A DNA stretch of 64,000 nt from Squalus acanthias (taxonomy: Eukaryota), in contig CM059436.1 of the NCBI GenBank assembly GCA_030390025.1, positions 27,962,001 through 28,026,000 of the forward strand, given 5' to 3'. The first letter of the stretch is position 1; each line of letters opens with the position of its first letter. This document shows positions 27,300-39,630 of this stretch, in pieces. The notes beneath the pieces are model-generated. The model was not told where the DNA came from. It worked only from the letters and a program-made list of their open reading frames with translations, and made no database searches. Both the position numbers and the translations under genes were made by a program.

Positions 27300-29230
27300 C
27301 TGTATTGTATATAGTCCTGGGCACTCAATTATAGAAAGGATATACAAACAATGAAAAAGGTACATCTGTTCATAAGGAAGACACCAGGGATGAGGGGGTT
27401 ACAGTTATGAGGAGAGATTTGAGAAGTTAGGGTTTTATTTCACTCGAGCTGAAAGGGTTAAGGGGTGATCTGATAGACGCCTTCAAAGTTATGAAGGGTT
27501 ATAAGATAAATAGTGACAGATTATTCCTCCTGGTCAGCAAGACTGTAACAAGAGGCAGAATTTTAAGATAATCACAAAAAGAATTAAAGAGGAGGTAGAA
27601 AAATATCTTTAAACAGGGGATGGATAGAAGACGAAATTTTTGGCCATAAATTATTGTTAACTTTTTTTCAAACAGATAGTTTCTTGAAAATGAATTGCAT
27701 AGAATTACATAGAATATACAGCACAGAAAGAGGCCATTTGGCTCAATTAGTCTGTGTTGGTGTTTATATTCCACACGAGTCTCCTCCCATTTCATCTACC
27801 TCATCTCAGCCTTTCAGCATATCTTTCTATTCCTTTTTCTCTCATGTACTCGTCTAGTTTCCTTTTGAAAGCATCCAAGCTATTTGCCTCAACCACTTCA
27901 TGTGGTAGTGAGTTCCACATTCTAACCACTCTCTGAGTGAAGAAATTTCTCATTATTTCCCAGTAGGATTTATTGGTAACTCTCTTGTATTTATGGCCCC
28001 TAATTTTGGATTCTCCCACAAGTGGAAACGTTCTCTCCACATCTACCCTGTTCAAGCCATTTATAATTTTAAAGATCTCTATCAGGTCACCTCAAGTCTT
28101 CTTTTTTCTAAAGAAAAAAGCCCCAACCTGTTCAATCTTTCCCGATAGCTGTAATCTCTCAATTCTGGTACCATCCTTGTAAATCTTTTTTGCACTTTCT
28201 CCAGTGCTTCTATGTCCTTTTTATAGTATGGAGACCAGAACTGTGCACAGTACTGTTATTGTGGCCTGACCAGGGTCCTAAACAATTTTAACATAATTTC
28301 ACTACTTTTGAATTCTATACCCCTAGAAATAAATCCCAGTGCTTTGTTAGCATTTGTAATTGCTTTGCTGACCTGCAATGCTGCTTTTAATGATTTGTTC
28401 ACCTCTATCCCTAGATCCCTTTTCTCTTCTACCTGATTCAGTTTTTCTTATTTTCTAAGGTGTAGGTGATGTTTCTATTTTTCTACCAAAGTGCATCACC
28501 TCACATTTATCTATGTTAACATTCACTTGCCACTTAACTGCCCAGTCTGCAAGTTTTCTAATGTCTTCTTGTATTATGTTACATTCTTCCACAGGGTTAG
28601 CTATACCACTCCTCCCTCCCTGCAAATTTTGATATTGAGTTACTTATTCCTAAGTCCAAATCATTAATGTAAATTATGAATAACAGTGGTCCCAGCACTG
28701 ATCCTGTGGAACACCGCTTTCGACCTTCCTCCAATCTGAATAACTGCCCTTTATCCCTCCTCTCTGCTTTCTATTTTTTAGCCAATTGGCTATCCATTCA
28801 GCTATTTATTCCCTGACTCCACATAACCTAACCTTTGTCATGAGCCTACCGTGTGATACATTATCAAAGGCCTTTTGAAAATCCAAGTATACGACATCTA
28901 CCGCATTACCCTTGTCTACTGTATTAAAAGGATCAGAACAAGCAGAGAGTGTTGCATCTTTTAAGAGAAAAGTGGATAAACTTTTGGAGCAGATGAAGAT
29001 ACAGGGCTATCAATAGAGAGCAGAGCAATTAAATTAGTTTCGGATTGCTCGAGCCATTTATAAGATCTGGTACAGACACCATAGCCTTCTCCTGTAAACT
29101 GTACCAAATGCAGTATGGGAGCGAGCCAAAGAGTAGGCTCAGAGTAGGTGGTTCATGTGGAGAAGGATGCTAGTACATACTTGAAGGGATAAATGGCCTG
29201 TTTCCGTGCTGTAACATTCTATGATTCTAT
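27300..29230 (+). mobile_element. Old CR1 3' portion, split by a younger inverted CR1
   Basis: 27300-27650 encodes degenerate YRKDIQ...LRGDLIDAFKVMKG. It resumes at ~28921 (AESVASFKRKVDKL) and ends in TGGCCTGTTTCCGTGCTGTAACATTCTATGATTCTAT. Confidence 0.7.
27695..28920 (-). mobile_element. CR1 LINE 3' portion (nested)
   Basis: RVDVERTFPLVGESKIRGHKYK...RNFFTQRVVRMWNSLP...FKRKLD; 5' break at VDVVYLDFQKAFD; CATAGAATTACATAGAAT terminal repeat. Confidence 0.92.
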
Positions 29231-29267
29231 CCTTCTCTGTATTACCTCTGCAGCTTTAGAAACAATA

Positions 29268-30199
29268 GGGGGTAGAAATTGGTTTAAGCGTGTTTCCAGG
29301 CACAGAATGGGTGCTGCTTTTGGAGCACAGGCCCAGTTACGTCAACATAACTAAGGACCCAAATTAGTCCCCCTTATTAATTTAAATAAAATAGGCGGGC
29401 TGACTCGCAACTCACACTGTTCATTGGGCAGCTCCTCTAATCACGGCATCATATTTCACTCCACCTCCTTCTGCTCCTACTGCAGCACTCTGCACCTGCT
29501 ACTCTCATTATTACTTCCCTCACCTCCTCATACCTCTGTCACCTTTCATACACTAGCAGCACTGTCGGAGAGCATGGAGGAGTCCAGCTCCAACCTGTTT
29601 GCTGTCTTTGTGCATGGCATTGAGACCATGTAGTCAAACATGGAGCGCGTGGTCCACTCTGTGCACCGCAGGGGGACCCACAGTGATGGAGCCTCTGGTG
29701 ACGCCTTTGACAGCACTGATGGAAACTCAAGCTGTTGCCAGCTTGGCTCCAGGGTCCAGCAACTCCTCTGGCTTACAAAGCCTGAAGGAGACTATGGCTA
29801 GGGGTTTTGAGAGACTCCTAACTCCCTGCACTCTATTCTCACCCAGAGCAGTAGGAGTTCTGAGGCTCAACCTCCTGAGATTGGCATTGGGTCCATGGGA
29901 GAGGCACCTGCTGCCCTCTCTCAGGATGATTGCACGCCTGCTCCATCGCCAGCCCCTCAACCAGTACCCTTATTTGTGCCAGACAGCTAGCAGAGTCAGA
30001 CTAACCCTGGCCAAAACCAAGTTCCAGCAGTCTGAAGCCGGGTCCTCAGTGGCCACAGCTCCTCGAGGTAACTTAGCACAGCCATCTCAAGTGCCCTCAG
30101 TGGAGGTTGAGCAGCCTTCCAGCTCCCAAGCTGTAGCCACTGGGGAAGCATCTCATAGGAGCACTAGAATAGGTAGCTGAACACACAAGACAGGCACTA
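29268..30199 (+). mobile_element. Deleted Harbinger derivative carrying a Myb/SANT-gene C-terminal remnant
   Basis: Begins GGGGGTAGAAATT. LSESMEESSSNLFAVFVHGIETM (29560-29630) is homologous to MAESMEESTFNLCGVLLHGITTL in the 15738-16001 remnant. Appears to continue briefly past the MITE at 30894. Confidence 0.55.
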
Positions 30200-30893
30200 G
30201 GGCAAGAATTTTGAAGTTTCTGACCTACCCGGAGTTGGGGGGGCCCGGTAGACCACGTGGGGTTTTAACTCTACAGTGGCGTGTGTCATCATGGACAGGT
30301 TCCCCGCCCGGAAGCCAGCCTGATTGACAGGCTGGCTTCGAGTCGGGAGGGGAACACTGGACAGGAGGCTGCAACAAACAGGTAGGTGCGAGGTCTGATC
30401 CCGGGAGAGGGGGGGGGGGGGGCGGGGTAGGTTACAAGCCCTCGGGGGGGGGGGGGGGTGCGGTCCTATCCCTTCCCCCGGGGCAGGGGGAGTTCGGATT
30501 CCCAACCCTGGTGAGAAGTTTCGATCCGGGGGGGTCGGTTCCCTACCTGGGGGCGGCGGTGCTGGTATTTGTATGGGGTGGGCTGATGGTGGGTGAGCTT
30601 GGGGAGCTGGGAGGAAGCAATCCTGCTCCTACCAGCCCACAAGGATTGCTCCCCGAGTCGATCCTCACCTCGCTTCAGCTATCGGGAATCCCGAGGCCTG
30701 AGATGCACGGCAGGTCAAATCAGAGGCGTCAGTGCCTCATTATCATATTTAAAGTGCCAACCCACCTCCTGGCAGCGGGCTGGCTGCCCGTCCCCATCCC
30801 GCCCTGTTGGAGGCGGGTTGGGGTCGGGATTTAGATTTTTAATACTTTAACTTCCCGCCCCAAGCCACCCGTTTTTCAGGTTAAAATCCCCCC
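30200..30893. mobile_element. GC/CpG-rich Harbinger-type MITE with long G runs
   Basis: Sharp compositional edges; ends GGGCAAGAATTTTGA / TTAAAATCCCCCC; long G homopolymer runs at 30409-30458; CpGs retained. Confidence 0.65.
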
Positions 30894-31549
30894 AGGGTTC
30901 TGTACAAAGATGATTTGTAGATAGGCATCAGTCATGTAGCTATTTGTCAAATCAAGAATGGGGTCCTTTGGAGCTGGGTGAACAGGTTTATTTTTGTAAG
31001 TGTGGTAATGGGGAGCAAATGTGTTTCTTTTCTTATCTACTTGTGGTGGATGAGCAGCAAATTGTCTGTATATTCAATGTATTAGTTTTTAAGTTTTATC
31101 CCAGAGTAACGCCAGGGGAACGCTGCAAATTTAAATGAACAACCCGGCCTCACTGCTTTGTTCTGCCTTCTTCTGAAGCAGCTTTGATCAAGGAGATTAA
31201 TTGAAGGAAACCAGTAAGCAGATGTAGAAAATTAGGGATTATTTAGTCAATGTTCCTTACTGTGCCCAACAGAGGTGATTCGGATGTTCTATGGTGAAAT
31301 CACATGAATGATCCATACATATTACAAATTTAAAAAAATGTTTATTTCAATGCCAGTTAGAATTGTTTATGTCACGAAAAAGATGGGCAACTTTTGTACT
31401 TTGTTATTGGTATGTTGAAGCAGGTGAGCACGAAGCACAACACTGGAGCACTCTCCCCTGACCTCACATTGAGGCTATGTTTGACACAGAGACCAGACCA
31501 CACTTCCCTTTGTTATTATCTGGCTCTGCACTCACGGATGTTCTGGATT

Positions 31550-31760
31550 GCTCGGAGCTGGAATTCCCTACCAGAAACAGTGGTGGAAGCAGAATTCATA
31601 ACAGCTTTTAAAAGGGAGGTTGATAAGTATTTTGAAAAGAAAAAAATAATAATAAAAGGGAATGGGGAAAGGATTGGACACTGGTACTAACCAGATAGTT
31701 CTTTCACCAAGCCAGCACAGGCACCGTGAGCCAAACGCCCTCCTGCACTGCAAAATTCTG
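31550..31760 (+). mobile_element. CR1 3' end fragment
   Basis: WNSLPETVVEAEFITAFKREVDKYF followed by a CR1-type 3' UTR. Confidence 0.8.
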
Positions 31761-31974
31761 GGTCAATAAAAGAGATGTACAGGCATACATTATAATGAGG
31801 CAGCTTTTCCCGCAGAATTGGTGAAATCTCGTGCCACCAAATCATGAATCAAATCTTCAATGATGCTGCAGTGGGCACTAAACTTGTGTGTAATATCAAA
31901 ATATCTTTGTTTCAGTTTGGTGAAGGACGGTGCACAATAACTTCCACAATCTGTTTATCTGACCACTTGTAAGG

Positions 31975-32940
31975 ACTTTCTGTCTCTGAGTCAGAAGGTG
32001 ACGGGGTTCAAGCCCAACTCCAGATAGTCATGGCGAGTGGAGACCAGGGGCTCGATTTTGCCAGGCCCGAGGAGGCGGGAATGGAGGCGTGTGGGGTGTT
32101 AAAATTGCAAAAAATGGCGAGCGGGCCCGACCCCGCCTCCGAGCAATTTTCCCAAATGCGTGGTTTCTGATCCCATCTCCGTCCCGCCTCCAAGAGGCGG
32201 GATAGGCCCTTAAGGCCCTTAACAACCACTTAATTGCCTCTATAATCCCATTTTGAGAGGCCTTTCTGATTTTAACACTTTTCCGACGTGATGCACGCCT
32301 CCTCTGAAACACGACAGTGAAACCTGGTGGAAGCGCACTTGGATTGCTGACTATCAGCTGCAGCTCCACCATTAGGAAGGAGATTTGATCAATCATCATT
32401 CTGGGGGAACTTTTAGCAGTCATAACCATCAATCATCATATCATCATATCATATCATCTCCTCCTCCTCCTCCTCCTCCTCCTCCCTCTCACAGCAAAGG
32501 CCAAAAGCTTTCCAGTCTTTGCAGACTTTAAATGCAGCAACAATGATGACATCATCAGAGGCAACTTTCAGACTGCAAACACTAATTGGGTCATGGGTCC
32601 CCACATGCTGGAACTCAATTGCCCAATTAGGGGAAAATCGAATAATTGTCCCACATCCAATTGGAGTCGGGTGGCTAACACAAAAAGTGGATGACACGAC
32701 CCCAGCCCGCCCCAATGATAAAATCGAGCCCCAGAGCTCTGGTTTGGCCTCGAGTGAAATACTGGTGTCTGATGGGTGTGGGCGCCCACCCTGTCCTCCC
32801 ATGTCGGCTGGCAGAAAGATGGTCAGGTTGCGACCTGCCACGCTGGTAATCAGCATGTGAATCCTTTCACTACTTCACATTATTCTCCAAGGGAAGAGTA
32901 GGAGCTAGGGCAACAACCATCTGTAAACCTGTTAAAACGG
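31975..32940 (+). mobile_element. tRNA-headed SINE (LF-SINE-like), split by a MITE
   Basis: CTCTGAGTCAGAAGGT...GGTTCAAGCCCAACTCCAG head. After the MITE, GAGTGAAAT and CAGAAAGATGGT are shared with the - strand SINE at 38940-39275. Confidence 0.5.
32048..32731. mobile_element. Harbinger-type MITE with perfect 12-bp TIRs
   Basis: GGGCTCGATTTT (32048-32059) / AAAATCGAGCCC (32720-32731); 3-bp duplication CAG (32045-32047, 32732-32734); internal (ATATC)n and (CCT)n at 32430-32490. Confidence 0.88.
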
Positions 32941-33680
32941 GAAACAAATCGACCCTTGCGCACATCAATAGCAGCATTTAACAGCAAATGCAACAACAAG
33001 TTGTATTTATATAGCGTCTTTAACGTCCCAAGGCGCTTAACTGCATTCAGATACCAATGAGTACAATATATCGAGTGTGTTTTGAATTTCTATCAGTTTA
33101 TATTTCCTTTAATTTGTAATAAACTCGGTAGTATTCGGGTAGAACATTTAATCTCTGGCCTGGCATATTGTATTCTGCTGACGACTTCATCACTTTTGCT
33201 CTTAGGAAGCGAATGCTTGTAGCCGTCATGCTCTCTGTCTAAAGTGCCTCACTAGCACCTGGCAATGCATCGCCCACAAGTGCAGGAGATTTCCAGGGTG
33301 ACTGACAGATTGGCTTTCAGCCCAGATTCTGAGACGTCACAGACTCAATTACCATGACACTCTGAAGTTACTACGGGTTAACGGATGGGAAGTGCACTAT
33401 TCACGGACGTGAAAGATTACCACCCTGACAACTGTACCTGCAGTATTTCAAAAGTCGCCTGACTCCTTTTCGAATGAACTTTCAGCATGACACGTGCAGC
33501 AAATTCCCAGCGGTTCTATGGCGATTCCCATTACGTTTCAGCACCATGTGAACGGCCATAAATTCAGTTTGCAGACATCGACTTCATTTACATGTCTGTT
33601 AATTTGGGACACTTCACACAAAATAGTGGTTTTGAGTCTTTCTGACTTAAAAATAATGACCATGACAAAAAACAAAGTGT

Positions 33681-33854
33681 GATTTCCTCTGGTCGCTATG
33701 TGTTCGCGACGTGCACACAGAGTGGGAAGATTTCCTCTGATCGTTATTTCTGGCGAAATAGTAAATCCGTTCTTTTATCATATTTTTACGATTTCGCTCG
33801 GAACAGTGAACGTATGGAATCTTCTCTATGCTAGCGACCAAAGGAAATCTTCCC
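33681..33854. repeat. Nested palindromic miniature element (copy B)
   Basis: GGGAAGATTTCCTCTGATCGTTA (33724-33746) is an inverted match (20/23) to 33832-33854; extra arm at 33681-33698 (17/18); inner arms 33747-33766 / 33784-33803. Confidence 0.7.
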
Positions 33855-34039
33855 TATTATCCTTTATTTTAAATGAATCACATTTTAAACGAGAAATCCT
33901 AGCAACACCTATTGCTAATTACAAACCGGGAATTACTAGCTTTCTGAATAATAATAGTAAGTCCAAATTGTATTCAATAAATAATATTTGAACCATCTGC
34001 AGTTCAATGGGCTTAACATTATTCATTCACTTTATTGTG

Positions 34040-34230
34040 AACTCGCTACCAAATGGAATAGTTGAGGCGACTCGCATAGAGGCATTTCAGGGAAAGCTAG
34101 ATAAGTACATGAGGGAGAAAGGAATAAAAGGACATGATGATAGGGTGAGCTGAAATACGGTGGGAGGAGGCTGGTGTGGAGCCGAATGGGCCGAATGGCC
34201 TGTTTCTGTGTTGTCAAATTCTATGTATTG
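34040..34230 (+). mobile_element. CR1 3' end fragment
   Basis: GAACTCGCTACC...GGGAAAGCTAGATAAGTACATGAGGGAGAAAGGAAT...GGGCCGAATGGCCTGTTTCTGTG. Confidence 0.85.
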
Positions 34231-36041
34231 TTAATCACCAAATAAATAACTGCTAACACAATGTTACACTCATAAGGACTATATTTGGGTACATCTGTAC
34301 CAACAAATCACCGTCTAGGTGGTGGCCGTTTCAATTCTTGATAGTAACTGCTTGTGTTTTGAAATGTTCCCTGATTGCATTTGAAAAAGCGAACTTTGTA
34401 TGTGCGCGAACTGAATTATGGAAAAGACATGTTTAGTTGAAAACGGACTCCTCGACGCAACACACAAGCGAGCCATGGCACTATCCTTCTGATCCTTGAT
34501 TTGAATTTTTACCTGAAATCCAGGTGTTAACCAGAATGACAAGGTTGAAAATAAAGTTAAACTGTTAAAGTACCCAACTGAAGGGAATAATACTCGTTTC
34601 TACCAAAAGCGAATCGTTTCCTGCTTTCTGTTCACTTTATTTGGAAACCACAGATACAGACAGAACATGAATTAGTATGTTTCGCTTGTTGCTCTTTAAA
34701 AGATACAGAATCACAAGTAATACGCTTCCAATGAACCAAATGTCACAGCATAAGCTTTCAATCTTTCCGTATCTCGGGGGTGTTAGACTCCTGCAATGCC
34801 AGCAGATGGCAATATCTAGCATTCCCACTTTTGTTTGGGACGGTTACCTATATGTTCACGTAATAAGGAATGATCTTCATTCCGAAAAAAAATCGGGAAA
34901 AGGTGCTTACTTCTCTTCTGAACAGCAAAGTAGGTCACTTGGCTGTGCTTCAAGTTAATGCAATGAGTTCAATTTCCTATTAATAGAAAAATCAACAACG
35001 CACAAAGTGCAGCAATAATGCATTGAGAAATCAAACACACACTTAACTAAAATCGCGTCCTTGGAGATAAAAAAAAACTGTTAAAAAAACACAACGGATC
35101 AATGCAAAAATAATGTATCAAAGAATGCCCGATCCTTAAACAGCAAGGACAACGCGAGATAAATATATACGCTGTATTGTCCGGAAAATAATTCATGTTG
35201 CTTTCGTTTTCGCCTCTTAATTTTACTTTCCGTAGATATCCATTTGTACGATATGATACCAGAATGAAGTTAAATGAGCTTAATAATATGACACGTCTAA
35301 TAAATAAATTAAATGGGACTAACTAACCAGCTGACAATCCACTGCCTCTTGAGTTGAGTAAGAAACTGAGGTAAACTGACGTTAACAGTCCGCTGGTAAC
35401 TTCATTCCGAGACTCCTCCAGGTGCGGATGTGATTTTTGCACTACTTTGCCGACATCTCTTACATCAATGCTTCCTGCATCCAATGCAGAGTAACTCAGG
35501 TGAGACCGAGGGCTCGGCTATAATGACTGAAAATAACAGCTGTTCGCTACTGGAGATTGAAGATATTCACCAATTTCACTTCACTAACACACAAGAGGGC
35601 TTTGGGAGTCTTGGCTGTGCGCGATCTCATTCCAGTACAGCTTTAACCATTTCCTTAGTTCTTTAACCCACGATAACACCACCAGCAGCAATTACACTAA
35701 AAACACGAGCCTCACTAGGTCGGCTTTTCATCTATTTTGAAGTCTTTATAGTTATTTAAACCGGCAAAAGAAGATCGAGGTGATTCACAACAAGATCTCG
35801 GGTTTAAAAAAAGACTTGTATAAGTTCTGAGAAAGTCTGGAACTGGCTATGACCCGCTTCTGTGATGCCCATGGTCTTGTATGGTTGTACGAAGATTACA
35901 TTTCAAAATATTGCTGATCTTTTAAAAAAATCTCCGTTGCTCTGTTTTGTAATTCTGTTCAAAAGTGCAAATGAAATAAATGTAAACATCTTGATAAGGT
36001 GCGTAAAGTGCGCTGGCGCCTTTTCATATGCCTTACATAAA

Positions 36042-36180
36042 AACATAAGAAATAGGAGCAGGAGTAGGCCATTCGGCCCTTCGAGCCTGCTCCGCCATTC
36101 AATAAGATCATGGCTCATCTTCTACCTCATCTCCACTTTCCTGCACCATCCCCATATCCTTTGATTCCCTTAATATCCAA
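36042..36180 (-). mobile_element. CR1 3' end fragment
   Basis: AACATAAGAAATAGGAGCAGGAGTAGGCCATTCGGCCC, the reverse complement of the tail type seen at 13700-13750. Confidence 0.85.
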
Positions 36181-37754
36181 AAATCAAAAAGGCACTGGTA
36201 TCTTCCTTATACAAATGTAATTGTACTATACGTATGGCCAGGTGATAAGACCCTCTGTAGTTTATGATATATCGGACAATTCAAGTAACATCGCATGTCC
36301 GCGTTGGTGCAGATAACATTGCTTCAACACAGTACGTAACAATCCAAATTAACTATATAATATATATATTTTTCAAATTACAATTTAGAAATGGAATTAT
36401 TTTTCTTTTCTTTTTTCGTCGTTACATGGCGGGGCAGAAGAGCAGAATGGTCCAGAAAGAGAACATCTGCAGCTACTATCTATGCCGATTCGTTTGGCTA
36501 GCAGGAGGCAAATGCAGCAAATTTGTGATGAACGGGCGGGAGACGCTCAAGACATTCTTTCACTCATGGGGATAAGAGTACCGTGTTATGAAGCATTGAT
36601 TTGTTTGAGCCTAAATGTCTAATGATTTTTTAAAAATAAGTTGATCAATTAACCGGATCCCTGGTTCAAATTTTAATTAGGCTTTAGGAGTTAAACACGT
36701 TTTGAATATATCTATCTCTTCAGTTGTATTGGCAAACTTCCATTGTTTCTCCATTCTCAATGAGGAGTTTCCCCTGTAACTTCATAGGTGGGATTCCACC
36801 TGTGTTCTTTGCATTATGTTTTCACTTACGTCATGATCCTATGGAATGGTCCATAGCAAAGGAGCGAGTCGAATTCTGATGTTAAATATGAAGGCGTAGA
36901 TTCAAGACTTTGAACTCATAGACATTTGTGTTTTAATAAGGAGTTAATTAGCTGTAGGAATTTATAAGAATGTAACCGTTACATCTGTGATTTAAGCTAA
37001 TGAATAATTTAAGTGCAACCAAGTAGGTCAGCCAAAATATTATTAATGGTTTATGCATCTTAGCGTTTAGTTGTGAAATTAAACCCTTGTGACTCTGCTC
37101 CTAACTGACTCTTCTTAGATTAAATAACCCCAGAAAAAAACCCATTCCGACTGAAAATGCATTTCTGTTTACATAGCTAGAAAATTAAGTTTACATAAAA
37201 AGTGCTCTTGTAATACATTCAACTATGTTGTTATTGTTGCTGATGTTCCAGTTGCTTATAGGTTTTTTCGAATGCCTGAACAAGCTTATATAAACTTTTT
37301 TTAAATGCGTTTTCAATCCAGAATCGACCGTTCTGTCTGCTTTCACTTAACACCCAACTTAGCTGTCATATGTTGAAAAGTCAACACTCTGGGTTGGTAA
37401 GAAACCAATCTAATTTGATTAAACAATGTGCAGAGGATTGTTTAGGACATTGGGTTTCTTAGCTGAAATATTTGAACGTTCATCAAGTATGCATTATGTG
37501 TTATTGCTGACATTTTATTTGAAGTGTTTTTGAACAGTGTTTTTGTGGAAAGTGGGGTGCTTTGGTGAAATCTACCATAGCCAGCAGCCCATGGAAAGTG
37601 GAGCTAGTGGAGGTATGCTGGCCATTGATCTTCTATTCTGAAAAATACCGTTTCATAACTATGGGTTATGCAAAAACGATCAGGAACATTTATAGTCCTA
37701 TCTGCAGATCAGGTAAGATTTCCCACCAAGCGATCTATAACTTTTTAAGTAAAA

Positions 37755-38370
37755 CTATAACTAATAAATCCAATAAGGAATTCAGGAGCAACTTCTTTAC
37801 CCAAAGATGGTGAGAATGTGGAACTCGCTACCACAAGGAGTAGTTGAGGCAAATAGCATAGATGGATTTAAGGGAAAGCTAGACAAGTACATGAGGGAGA
37901 AAGGAATGCTGACAGGGTTAGAGGAAGTAGGGGGTGAGGAGGCTGGTGTGGAGCATAAACGCCTGTATAGACCAGTTGGGCTGAATGGCCTGTTTCTGTG
38001 CTCTACACTCGATGTACGAAGAGTGCGCACATCAAAAATCTAAATTCTGACAATGTTACATATTTACTGAAATGTCATAAAAGTCTATATACAAATAAAG
38101 TAAAATATAAAGGGGCTAGGAAAGGACAAGATGATGGGATAGGTGGATAGCTCTTTCAGAGAGCCGGCACGGACGTTATGGGCCGGATGGTCTCCTTCTA
38201 TGCTGTAAAATTACGATACTATGAAATATACGATCTTAGTTAGTATAAGTAATCACATACTCCACTATAGAATCATAGAATAGTACAGCACAGATTCGGC
38301 CGATCGAGTCTGCGCCGGCTCTTTCGAAGAGCAAACCAGTTAGTCCCGCTCGCCCGCTCTTTCCCCAACT
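37755..38370. mobile_element. Cluster of three CR1 3' ends (+ 37755-38010, + 38100-38222, - 38268-38370)
   Basis: NKSNKEFRSNFFTQ and VRMWNSLPQGVVEANSIDGFKGKLDKYM; three CR1 tail hairpins. Confidence 0.8.
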
Positions 38371-38939
38371 TATTTTTACAAATCATGACGAATTCGCCAA
38401 GCAAGGGATTTCATTGCTGGGAATTGAACAGTTTCCTATTTTTAATAGCCATTAAACGCTCCCAGGTCAGGTATTAGATAATCCAGGTGGATGGCTAAAT
38501 TATAGATTCAGGAGCAACTCCGCATTTACGCTGCAACTTTAAAATAATCACTCCCAAGCGATTTCTGCCTGGATCCAAGCTAAACTTACTGTGCAAATTG
38601 GGAATCAGGGCCCGATCTGAATCCCGGGGGAAGCAGAGTGAGAACCCCTGGAGTGAGTATTCTCATTACGCTTCGGTTTGACACTGCCTGGAGTGTAAAT
38701 CCAGCGTCGTGACAAGCCTGGTTTACGAAGTGTTCATGAGGTCTTTTGGACCCCGTGGGCACTTTTTAAATCTACCTGACTTCACTTAAACGTTTTAGAG
38801 AGCAGGGATTCTGCCTTGCCCACTCTCTAAACATTTGAAATTCTAACTATTGGGAGAGAGCTTTCTCCAAAACAGGACAGCTAATGCTCCAGCCAGGCAG
38901 GAGCCAAGGAATGTAAACAGGGTTCTATTTGGCTAGAAC

Positions 38940-39275
38940 CCTAATCGCAGCTCCCAGTCTCCGACCGGAAACTGCAATGTAAATGCACCCTTAATCCCAA
39001 TCTCAGTCGAACACCCAACTGCAAAAGCCTGAACGTTTCCATTTATCATATCAACCATCTTTCTGGCCTAAGTAATTTAGCCAATTTAGTGCCAAACATG
39101 GACAGTTTTGTGCTGTGCACCCAAGCCCTTCACAAACTGCTTGAGATATCTGTCCTTTATTTCAGATAGCAGCCTTGCAACCATCAGAGAGTAGACTCAT
39201 TCAACAATATGGCCTTAGTTCGAACCCAGATTGAAGAAGTGAAAGATCAGCGAGTGAACCCAGTGGGGATCCGGT
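38940..39275 (-). mobile_element. Ancient LF-SINE-like element
   Basis: The - strand reads CTTTCAC...CTGGGTTCGAAC (B box)...TCTGATGGTTG...TGAAAT...CACAAAAC...TTGGCACTAAATTGGC, the motif order I recall for LF-SINE. Confidence 0.55.
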
Positions 39276-39511
39276 GACATTGCAACATGTTAATTACAAT
39301 GCTCTGCATGCAATATATGCATTTATAATGGTCAATAACAAGAACTCCTACTTCGATGCTCATCAATAATGAAACAACAGGAACGTGATGGGGATGTCAT
39401 ATAAATGCTTCAGAATTTAAAGTATTGTTACCTCAAATAATAATTTTAAAAATTATAATTAGGGTTGGGTTTCACTGTTGTGCTCCAGCCGAAGTATCAC
39501 TTGCACTCTCA

Positions 39512-39630
39512 CATAGAATTACATAACATTTACAGCACAGAAGCAGGCCATTCGGCCCAACTGGTCTATGCTGGTGTTTATGCTCCACGCGAGCCTCATC
39601 TCACCTTACTTCATCTAACCCTATCAGCAT
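39512..39630 (-). mobile_element. CR1 3' end fragment
   Basis: CATAGAATTACATAACATTTACAGCACAGAAGCAGGCCATTCGGCCCAAC. Confidence 0.8.

Noticed and set aside
29599-30180. 193-aa ORF as a host gene
   Set aside because: Non-ATG start, frame-broken relative to its homologue at 15738-16001, and embedded in a Harbinger remnant.
30197-30850. Pro/Gly-rich ORFs of 85-107 aa
   Set aside because: Produced by G/C homopolymer runs inside a MITE.
32449-32860. 135-aa and 113-aa ORFs, one with poly-Glu
   Set aside because: They span a MITE/SINE junction, and the poly-Glu is a (CCT)n microsatellite.
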